From Candidatus Alistipes merdavium (lineage in GTDB: Bacteria > Bacteroidota > Bacteroidia > Bacteroidales > Rikenellaceae), in assembly GCA_019119845.1 (NCBI GenBank), contig DWWF01000002.1:13374-77373 (forward strand): a DNA stretch of 64,000 nt. Direction: 5' to 3'. How positions within the stretch are numbered: the first letter of the stretch is position 1; the number at the start of each line of letters is the position of its first letter. Below are positions 48,118 to 56,046 of this stretch, piece by piece. The notes beneath the pieces were generated by a model that worked only from the letters and a program-made list of their open reading frames with translations, was not told where the DNA came from and ran no database searches. A program made the position numbers and the translations under genes.

Positions 48118-48456
48118 TTAATTTTCGGGTTTGCCGTGGCGGATCACCTGAATCTGCCCGACGAGTTCCTCCCACGCGGCGTCGAGCGTCGCCAGGTATT
48201 CACGGCCCTTGTCCGTGAGGGTGTAGTATTTGCGGGGCGGCCCCTGCGGGGACTCCTCCCAGCGGTAGGTGAGCAGCCCGGCATTCTTCTGCCGGGTGAG
48301 GATCGGGTAGAGCGTACCCTCGACTACGATCATCTCGGCCTGTTTGAGCTCGGCGATGATCTTCGGAGCATACGACGCCTCGCGCGAAAGTATGGCGAGG
48401 ATGCAATACTCCAGGATTCCCTTGCGCATCTGCGCTTTTACGTTGTCTTCAGCCAT
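48118..48456 (-). CDS. padR: PadR-family transcriptional regulator
   Basis: KGILE..IL, Y...I, EGTLYPIL.R, GPPRKYY.LT..G. Confidence 0.92.
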   Translation of the reverse strand: MAEDNVKAQMRKGILEYCILAILSREASYAPKIIAELKQAEMIVVEGTLYPILTRQKNAGLLTYRWEESPQGPPRKYYTLTDKGREYLATLDAAWEELVGQIQVIRHGKPEN

Positions 48457-48460
48457 AATG

Positions 48461-48667
48461 CTATTCGTTTAACCGTTGCGGGGCCTTGGGCACGATCAGC
48501 CAGAGGATGATGTACACCCAGAGCGAAAGGCCGCCGGCGAGGATCAGGATCAGGGTCATCAGCCGGACGAGCGAGACGTTGAGTCCGAAAAACTCGGCGA
48601 CGCCGCCGCACACGCCGGCCACGATGCCGTCCCGGGTTCTGTAAAGACGATTGTTGTTCGTTTGCAT
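48461..48667 (-). CDS. pspC: Minimal PspC-domain protein
   Basis: RLYRTRDGIVAGVCGGVAEFFG...YIILWLIVP. Confidence 0.88.
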   Translation of the reverse strand: MQTNNNRLYRTRDGIVAGVCGGVAEFFGLNVSLVRLMTLILILAGGLSLWVYIILWLIVPKAPQRLNE

Positions 48668-48680
48668 GGTCTTATCGTTT

Positions 48681-49217
48681 TTATTGTTTTTTGTCGTTGC
48701 CGTTGAATGAGAACCGCCGTGCGGGCTCCTCGGGAATGACGATCCAGAGGATGATGTAGATCCAGATGGAGATGCCGCCGAAGAGGATCAGCAGGAGCGT
48801 CACCAGACGAATCATCGTCGGGTCGGCGTCGAAAAATTCGCCAATGCCGCCGCAGATGCCGGCAATCGAGCGGTTCGTGCGCGAGCGGTAGAGACGGCGC
48901 CGCTCCGGCTCCGCGTCGGTTGGACTCTCACCTGCGCTCGCCGTCCGCGTCCCGTTGCGCGGCTCGCCGAAGTCGGAGGGCTCGCCCATCTGCGCCATCG
49001 CCGCATGCACCACGTCGAGCGTGATGACCCGCATGGGCGAGGAGACCCGTTCACGGAAAATCTCCGCCATCCGGGCTTCGATGTCGTTCATCGTCTCCGT
49101 ATCGCCCTCGGGCAGCCGGTTGCGGATGTCGTCGAAATAGCTCCGCAAGGCAAAATAGGCATCTTCGTCGAGCGTGAATGCCACGGAACCGATGTTCACG
49201 TTTACTGTCTCTTTCAT
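48681..49217 (-). CDS. PspC-domain protein
   Basis: N-terminal DIEARMAE domain plus RLYRSRTNRSIAGICGGIGEFF PspC motif. Confidence 0.88.
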   Translation of the reverse strand: MKETVNVNIGSVAFTLDEDAYFALRSYFDDIRNRLPEGDTETMNDIEARMAEIFRERVSSPMRVITLDVVHAAMAQMGEPSDFGEPRNGTRTASAGESPTDAEPERRRLYRSRTNRSIAGICGGIGEFFDADPTMIRLVTLLLILFGGISIWIYIILWIVIPEEPARRFSFNGNDKKQ

Positions 49218-49273
49218 GGTTGCAAAGGTATTTTTCGAGTCAATATTTTGTGGGTTCTACTACTTTCACAGCG

Positions 49274-49310
49274 CAAATATAATACACATTTTAGTATTAT
49301 GCAATACAAA
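49274..49310 (-). promoter_or_regulatory. Promoter of the PspC/PadR operon with candidate PadR operator
   Basis: TATATTTG -7 box (49274-49281) and GTATT-N4-AATAC palindrome (49294-49307) over the -33 region; second TACCTTTG at 49223-49230. Confidence 0.45.
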
Positions 49311-49347
49311 GTACCTATTTTTTTTGATTTTTTTATATGCTGTCCCT

Positions 49348-50092
49348 CCCCGACTTGGTTCCGATGGCGGGAAAGCGGCCGGAGGGCTGAAAGCGACAGC
49401 GGCGGGGACGGTTTGCTTGCAAACCCGCGCAGTCGCCCGACGCCGCCTTCAGTCCTCCGGACGCCGACATCGGAATCGGTCGGGTGGCTTTTGCTGCTTT
49501 TCGCCACCGAAAAGCAGTTAAAATAAAAAAGAGTTTTTCATGTACTTTTGGGGCCAAAAGTACCAAAAGCCTCCGCACGTCGTTTTCCGCGGGAGTGCGC
49601 GAACCGCGGCGCTGCACGGGGCGCGCAAGATCAAGCCTATGCGCTACCCCGTGACGAACGCGCCGCAGCCCGCACCCTCTTTCTCCGCGTCAAACGAGAG
49701 TGCGGATTCGTGGTGCCGCCAACGGCGGCATTATTTATATGGCAATGCGCTTCGGATGCCCGTATCAACTTACTTTTTCTGAAATCTCCACCCGGTAGTG
49801 CGTTTCTTTTGGTTTCCCGCAAGGCGGGTCCCGATTTGGTTCCGATGGCGAGAAAGCGGACGGAGGGCTGAAAGCGACAGCGGCGGGGACGGTTTGCTTG
49901 CAAACCCGCGAATAGTCGCCCGACGCCGCTTTCAGTCCTCCGGACGCCGACATCGGAATCGGTCGGGTGGCTTTTGCTGCTTTTCGCCACCGAAAAGCAG
50001 AGAAAAAAGTTTTTTCAGACGTTTTCTCCGGAAGCCGAAAAAGGACGTCGAGAGGCTTTTTGCTGCTTCTCGCCACCGAAAACAAAAAAAAG
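49348..50092 (-). repeat. Structured modular repeat array, locus 2 (partial unit 50092-49815, linker, full unit 49730-49348)
   Basis: Reverse complement of the element at 3942-4415 and 56365-57350. Confidence 0.95.
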
Positions 50093-50135
50093 CCCCCAGA
50101 CAATCAACAAAGAATACTATCCTGCCGCAAGGCTC

Positions 50136-51050
50136 CTACGCCTTCGATTTGCCGCGCAAACAGTCTCCGAGCAGTCCGTAGCTGATCTCGCGCCGCATCA
50201 GCAGCAGCCACCGCGCCTTGCGCGGCGACATGGTCAGGGCAAGCAGCAGTGTAACACCCCACTTCGCCGCCTCCGACAGCAGCGCCCCCACATAGCGGCA
50301 CCGTTTGCAGGCCTGCATGCGCTGGCTGACACCGACATTGTAGCACAGGCGCCGGAAATACCCTTCGGTGAGCTTCTCGGGCGGGATGATATGCCAGATT
50401 ACGGCATCGGGGACATACCACAGCGTCACGCCGCCCCGCACAAGCCGTGCAAAGAAATCGGTCTCCTCACCGCCGATCGGACGGTCGTTCGTGCGCCCGA
50501 GCGAGGGGTCGAATCCTCCGTAGGGGGCCACTTCCAAACGACGGAAAGCCATGTTTCCGCCTCCGGGAATCTTTCCGCGGGGATAGGGCCGCACGTCGGG
50601 GCCGAAATCCATCGGATTGGCGATCGGCTTTTCGGTATACTTCGACATCCACACCGGGCGTCCGGCAGGATACTCGGCGATGATGCGCCCCCCGGCGACC
50701 AGCGCCTCGGGATGCGCATCGAAAAAGTCGACGTAGGCCCGCATGTACCCGGGATTGATCCGCTCGTCGTCGTCGATGATCGCCACGACGGGTGCCGCGG
50801 CCTCGGCCACACCGCGGTTGCGGGCGGGCGAGACCCCGGGGCGGAATTCGTCGACAAGGCGGAGCCGGCACGCGGAGTGCGCCGCGGCGAAGGCCTCGAA
50901 ACATGCCGGCGTATCGTCCGTCGAATTGTTGTTCACGACAATGCACTCCCACTCCGCAGCGGGCAGATCCTGCCGCACGACGGACTCCAGGGTCACAAGA
51001 AGCTGCGCCGCACGATTGTGCGTCGCGATGATGAGCGAAAGACGAATCAT
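50136..51050 (-). CDS. Glycosyltransferase family 2
   Basis: IIATHNR, VNNNSTD, RNRG, IIDDD, GGEETD. Confidence 0.9.
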   Translation of the reverse strand: MIRLSLIIATHNRAAQLLVTLESVVRQDLPAAEWECIVVNNNSTDDTPACFEAFAAAHSACRLRLVDEFRPGVSPARNRGVAEAAAPVVAIIDDDERINPGYMRAYVDFFDAHPEALVAGGRIIAEYPAGRPVWMSKYTEKPIANPMDFGPDVRPYPRGKIPGGGNMAFRRLEVAPYGGFDPSLGRTNDRPIGGEETDFFARLVRGGVTLWYVPDAVIWHIIPPEKLTEGYFRRLCYNVGVSQRMQACKRCRYVGALLSEAAKWGVTLLLALTMSPRKARWLLLMRREISYGLLGDCLRGKSKA

Positions 51051-51114
51051 TATGCGAATATAGCAAATTATCCGTAAAAACCGCTATCTTTGCGGGGAAA
51101 GAACCAAAAACCAC

Positions 51115-53298
51115 ATGACTATGCACAAACTCCTACGCCACAGCCTGCTGACCCTCACGGCGCTGCTGACGGCCGCGCTGGCCGCCGCGCAGAGCGTCAC
51201 GTGGAAAAGCAGCGTGGAGCCGCTCGGCGGCGACGCCTACCGCATCGTGCTGGAGGCCGCCATCCCCGCAGGCTACCACATGTACGACATGGGGCCCTAC
51301 GAGGGCGGTCCGACCGCCACGACCATCGTCCTGACGCCGGGCGAGGGCGTTCAACTCGACGGGCCGGTCGAGCAGCTTACGAAAGCCCACACCTACTACG
51401 ACGAACTGTTCGGAATGCAGATCGGCACCCTCTCGGGCAAGCCGCGCTTCGCACAGAAGGTGCACCTCGCCACGGCAAAGGGCACCGTCACGGCCCAGCT
51501 CGAATGGATGATCTGCAACGATTCGAGCTGCATGCCGCCCGACGAAACGGAGCTGACCATCGAGATTGCCGCCTCCGCCGCACCGGCCGCACCGGCCAAG
51601 GGTGAAGCGGTCCAGAGCGCACCGGCCGCAACGACGCCCGTCAAGACAACCCCGGCCAAAGCGGAAACTACCCCCGCAGCCGCGACGGCACAGACGGCGG
51701 AATCCGCCGTGCAGGAGCCTGCACAGGAGGCTGCTCCGGCGACTGTCGCACCGGCCGGGGAGCAAACGGAGCCGGCCGCCGAGGCCGCACCGGTCAAGGA
51801 TGCCGCCGGCAGCAAGGGGCTCTGGGCCCTGATTATCGAGGCGATCCTCTGGGGCTTCGCCGCCCTGCTGACCCCATGCGTCTTCCCGATGGTGCCGATG
51901 ACCGTCTCGTACTTCCTCAAGGGGGAGGGCGGTGCCGCCATGGGACGCCTGCGCGCCTCGCTCTACGGGCTCTTCATCGTGCTGCTCTACACGGTGCCCA
52001 TCGCCGCCATCATCCTCATCACGCGCATCGTGGGCGGTGACGCCGTGACGGCCGATATCTTCAACTGGCTCGCCACGCACTGGCTGCCCAACATCATCTT
52101 CTTCCTCGTCTTCATGATCTTTGCCGCCTCGTTCTTCGGGGCGTTCGAGATCACCATGCCCTCGTGGATGGTCAACAAGACCGACTCGAAGGCCGATACG
52201 AAAGGCATCGGCGGCATCTTCTTCCTGGCCCTGACCCTCGTGCTCGTCTCGTTCTCCTGCACGGGACCGATCGTCGGATCGGTGCTCATCAAGTCCACCT
52301 CGGGCGAGTTCTGGACACCGATCATCACCATGCTGGCCTTCTCCGTAGCCTTCGCCCTGCCGTTCACCCTCTTCGCGCTCTTCCCCTCGGTGCTGAAGAA
52401 GCTTCCGAAGAGCGGCGGATGGCTCAACTCCGTGAAGGTGGTCATCGGCTTCATCGAGGTGGCCCTCGGCATGAAGTTCCTCTCCGTGGCCGACCAGACC
52501 TACCACTGGGGACTGCTCGACCGAGAGGTCTACCTGGCCGTCTGGATCGTCGTCTTCGCGCTGCTGGGCTTCTACCTGCTGGGCAAGATCAAGTTCGCGC
52601 ACGACAGCGACCTGCCCTACGTGGGTGTCGGACGCCTCACGCTGGCCATCATCGTCTTCTCGTTCGTCGTCTACATGATCCCCGGCATGTGGGGCGCCCC
52701 GCTCAAGGCCCTCTCGGGCTACCTGCCGCCGCTCACGACGCAGGACTTCGTCCTCGGGCAGCACACCGCCGCCGTCTCGGCCGGCACGTCGGCGAGCGGA
52801 AGCCACACCCTGCTGACCGTGGAGGGGAAGCAGCCCAAGTACAGCGACTTCCTCCACCTGCCGCACGGGCTCGAGGGCTTCTTCGACCTCAAGGAGGCCG
52901 AGGCCTACGCCGTAAAGGTCGGCAAGCCGCTCTTCATCGACTTCACGGGCCACGGCTGCGTCAACTGCCGCGAAATGGAGGCCCGCGTATGGTCCGACCC
53001 GCAGGTGCTCGACATCCTGCGCAACGACTACGTGATCTGCGCGCTCTATTCGGACGACAAGAAGGTGCTGCCCGAGAGCGAATGGGTCACCACCGACGCC
53101 GGCAAGGTCCTCAAGGGGCTCGGCAAGATCAACTCCTACTACGCACTGAAGACCTACGGCGTGAATGCCCAGCCCTACTACGTGCTGCAGGGAGCAGACG
53201 GACGGCCGCTTGTCGCACCGCGCGGCTACGACCTCTCGGTCGAGGGCTTCGTCGAGTTCCTCCAAAGCGGACTGGCAGCCTACAAGCAGCAGAAATAA
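51115..53298 (+). CDS. dsbD: Protein-disulfide reductase DsbD family
   Basis: N-terminal Ig-like domain with CNDSSC, Ala/Pro linker, TM domain with LTPCVFPM and SCTGP, thioredoxin GCVNC. Confidence 0.9.
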   Translation: MTMHKLLRHSLLTLTALLTAALAAAQSVTWKSSVEPLGGDAYRIVLEAAIPAGYHMYDMGPYEGGPTATTIVLTPGEGVQLDGPVEQLTKAHTYYDELFGMQIGTLSGKPRFAQKVHLATAKGTVTAQLEWMICNDSSCMPPDETELTIEIAASAAPAAPAKGEAVQSAPAATTPVKTTPAKAETTPAAATAQTAESAVQEPAQEAAPATVAPAGEQTEPAAEAAPVKDAAGSKGLWALIIEAILWGFAALLTPCVFPMVPMTVSYFLKGEGGAAMGRLRASLYGLFIVLLYTVPIAAIILITRIVGGDAVTADIFNWLATHWLPNIIFFLVFMIFAASFFGAFEITMPSWMVNKTDSKADTKGIGGIFFLALTLVLVSFSCTGPIVGSVLIKSTSGEFWTPIITMLAFSVAFALPFTLFALFPSVLKKLPKSGGWLNSVKVVIGFIEVALGMKFLSVADQTYHWGLLDREVYLAVWIVVFALLGFYLLGKIKFAHDSDLPYVGVGRLTLAIIVFSFVVYMIPGMWGAPLKALSGYLPPLTTQDFVLGQHTAAVSAGTSASGSHTLLTVEGKQPKYSDFLHLPHGLEGFFDLKEAEAYAVKVGKPLFIDFTGHGCVNCREMEARVWSDPQVLDILRNDYVICALYSDDKKVLPESEWVTTDAGKVLKGLGKINSYYALKTYGVNAQPYYVLQGADGRPLVAPRGYDLSVEGFVEFLQSGLAAYKQQK

Positions 53299-53322
53299 AT
53301 AGGGCTGCAACCACCACGACAG

Positions 53323-53356
53323 AAGGAGCGGATGTTCGGTACATTCGCTCCTTTTT
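53323..53356 (+). terminator. Terminator after dsbD
   Basis: AAGGAGCGGATGT-tcggt-ACATTCGCTCCTT followed by T's. Confidence 0.75.
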
Positions 53357-53449
53357 CGTATATTTGCCATGCGCGCCCCGACTCGCCGCCGACCGCGGAG
53401 CATACGCCCGCAAGGCAGGCATCCCGACGCAGAGAAAAACCGACCGAAA

Positions 53450-55228
53450 ATGAAGAGATCCTATCTTTGGCTCCTGTGCCTCGCACTGGCAGGCGCATGC
53501 AGCGGATGCACGGAGACCTATCCGACCTACTCCACGGAATACAACCTGGATTTCGAGTACGCCCTAAACGACAGCGTGCCGGCGCAATGGACGCTGCGCA
53601 ACACGTCGCTCACCGGATACGAGTATGCGCTCGACCGGCAGACCGTGCACCACGGTGCGGCGAGCCTTCGGGCCCGATGGAGCGAACGGATAACCCTGCC
53701 GGGCAGCTGGGGCGGATTCCAGACCTTCCTCTCCGCCGGGCAGGCCGCAGGGCGGGAGGTCGAGATCAGCGGCTGGATCAAAACCCGCGACAGCGTGAAC
53801 CTGCGTGCCGGATTCGGCATTTTCCCCTTCGTGCCCGACCGTACCCCGATGGATTTTCTGTCGCGGATCGACACGACGGGCGGTGTCCGGGGCACCTCCG
53901 ACTGGAGGCGCTGCACGACCCGGATGAAGATCGACAGCGCCGCGACCTGCATCATGATCGCCGGCTTTGCCTCGGGTGTGGGGAGCGTCTGGTTCGACGA
54001 TCTGGAGATCCGCATCGACGGCAAACGAATCGCCGAACGGGAGATTCCGCTCGTCGACAAACTGTCGCCCGCCGACCGGCAGGCGCTGCTGCGCTATGTC
54101 CATCCGTTCGCGACCTGGGACCCGACGGCTCCGGACACGGACGACCTCGACGCCCTCGGACAGGCGGCGACCGGATGCCGGATCGTCGGGCTGGGTGAGA
54201 ACACGCACGACACCGGCGAGGTGTTTGCCATGAAGGACCGCATAGTCCGCTACCTGACAGACCGCCACGGATTCGGCATCTTCGCGCTGGAGGCCAATCT
54301 GCCCGAGGCAGAGCGGGTAAACGACTACACGATCCGCGGGGAGGGCGACCCGAAACAGCTGATCCGGGGGATGTACGTCTGGCCCTGGATGACCGACGAG
54401 ATGCTGACGATGGTCGAGTGGATGAAGACCGTCAACACGCCGGAGCCCCGCATCACCTTCACGGGGGTCGATCTGCAGATGCCCACCACGCTGATGGCTG
54501 CGTTGCAGCGGCTGCTGCCCGCATCGGGATCGGCCGCACGCCGGGCTGCCGCGCTGGCGGAGCAGCTGCAACATATTTACACCCGATCCTACCAACTGGA
54601 TGTCGAACTGGCCCGGAAACTCGAACCCGAGCTGGATGCGCTGGCCGCCGACAGCGACCTGGCATCGCTGTCCGGGGAGAAACGCACCGAGATCGGAGGA
54701 TACATCGACATGCTGCGCGCCTTTCTGAGCCAGTACCGCGACCCTTCGTGGCGGGACCGGGGCATGGCCGGGACCATGGCGTGGATCATGGCCCTCCACC
54801 CGGAGTCGCGGGCGGTTCTCTGGGCACACAACCAGCACATCAACCAGCGCGAGGGAACGACAAGGCTGATTCGTCCGACCGGATACTACCTCAAGCAGCA
54901 ATTCGGGGACGGCTACCTCTCCGTCGGCTTCGTAACCGGCCAGGGCACCTATACGGCCTGGAAAAACGGTCTCCGGGCCTTTGAACTCCCGGTTCCGGCA
55001 CCCGGCACGCTGGAGCATGTGCTCGGACAACTCGACGAGCCGATCTTCCTGCTCAACCTGAAACGGATGCGGCAGGAGCAGGCGCCCCAGCTGCAATGGC
55101 TCGACGCGCTGTCGTTCCGCGAGATCGGCGCCACGCCCGAGGTATTCTACTACACGGGCATCTCCGAAGCGTTCGACTGTCTGATCTTTATCCGAAACAC
55201 CTCGGCTTCGCACCTGCTGCAATTCTGA
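53450..55228 (+). CDS. Erythromycin-esterase (Ere/Bcr136)-family lipoprotein with N-terminal galactose-binding-like domain
   Basis: Lipobox; VGLGENTH, FALEAN, FTGVD, RD.GMA, WAHNQH motifs. Confidence 0.82.
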   Translation: MKRSYLWLLCLALAGACSGCTETYPTYSTEYNLDFEYALNDSVPAQWTLRNTSLTGYEYALDRQTVHHGAASLRARWSERITLPGSWGGFQTFLSAGQAAGREVEISGWIKTRDSVNLRAGFGIFPFVPDRTPMDFLSRIDTTGGVRGTSDWRRCTTRMKIDSAATCIMIAGFASGVGSVWFDDLEIRIDGKRIAEREIPLVDKLSPADRQALLRYVHPFATWDPTAPDTDDLDALGQAATGCRIVGLGENTHDTGEVFAMKDRIVRYLTDRHGFGIFALEANLPEAERVNDYTIRGEGDPKQLIRGMYVWPWMTDEMLTMVEWMKTVNTPEPRITFTGVDLQMPTTLMAALQRLLPASGSAARRAAALAEQLQHIYTRSYQLDVELARKLEPELDALAADSDLASLSGEKRTEIGGYIDMLRAFLSQYRDPSWRDRGMAGTMAWIMALHPESRAVLWAHNQHINQREGTTRLIRPTGYYLKQQFGDGYLSVGFVTGQGTYTAWKNGLRAFELPVPAPGTLEHVLGQLDEPIFLLNLKRMRQEQAPQLQWLDALSFREIGATPEVFYYTGISEAFDCLIFIRNTSASHLLQF

Positions 55229-55265
55229 ATCCGGGCCGCATGCCCCGCTCCGCCGGTCGGCCGCG

Positions 55266-55961
55266 CTACTTTCCGCCGAACAGCGCGGAGGTGATCTCCA
55301 GCGGCCGCGAGGCGTCGAACCAGATCTGCGGAGCGGTGTAATATTCGCTGCTCTCGGTCAGATCAAAGACGTCGCACGTACCGACCAGACGCTGGGCGTC
55401 GTACCGCCACAGCTCGAGGTAATAGCGCATGAAGCAGTATTCGTCGCTGACCTTCGTCACGCAGAACGGGTGTTCCTCGCTGCCGTTTCCCGTCCAGGCA
55501 ATCGCCCCCAGCGCCCGGATTCCCCGGTTGTAGAAGAGCTGCCCTTCGTCGCGCGTGCGGGACTCGTCGCCCGACTCGAGCATGCCGGCAATGGCGTATG
55601 CCGCCATGAAAAGCGCCTCGGCATGCACCGAATTGATCGCCAGCACCTCCTCGGCCAGCGCCAGCGCCTCGGCATAGCGCCCCGCGCGATAGGCCTCGTA
55701 CATATCATGAACCTTGGGCTCCTCGCTGTCGTTGGTCAGCAGCGACTGCCCGAAAAAGGCGACGATCTTCTCCTGCACGGTCAGGGTCGTATCGCGTTCA
55801 GGGGCGGAGAGCCTCCGCACCAGCTCACGAACCCGTTCGGGGTCCTTTTTGACAATGGAGCGAATCTCTTTCCAGTCTACCGGGAAAATCTCTTGCTGCG
55901 CATGGGCAGCGAAGCCGCAGAAAAGCAGCAGCAACGACAGGATGAGTGTTTTGGTTCTCAT
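55266..55961 (-). CDS. Secreted TPR-like protein (DUF4919-like)
   Basis: Signal peptide; TGNGSEEHPF.V..VSDEY motif. Confidence 0.7.
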   Translation of the reverse strand: MRTKTLILSLLLLFCGFAAHAQQEIFPVDWKEIRSIVKKDPERVRELVRRLSAPERDTTLTVQEKIVAFFGQSLLTNDSEEPKVHDMYEAYRAGRYAEALALAEEVLAINSVHAEALFMAAYAIAGMLESGDESRTRDEGQLFYNRGIRALGAIAWTGNGSEEHPFCVTKVSDEYCFMRYYLELWRYDAQRLVGTCDVFDLTESSEYYTAPQIWFDASRPLEITSALFGGK

Positions 55962-56046
55962 AACGGGTTGTTTTAGGTTGGAACATACTGTGAACACCCG
56001 GCGGCCGGGTGTGACTTTCCGAAAATCTCGCGAACATTCAGTTCTG

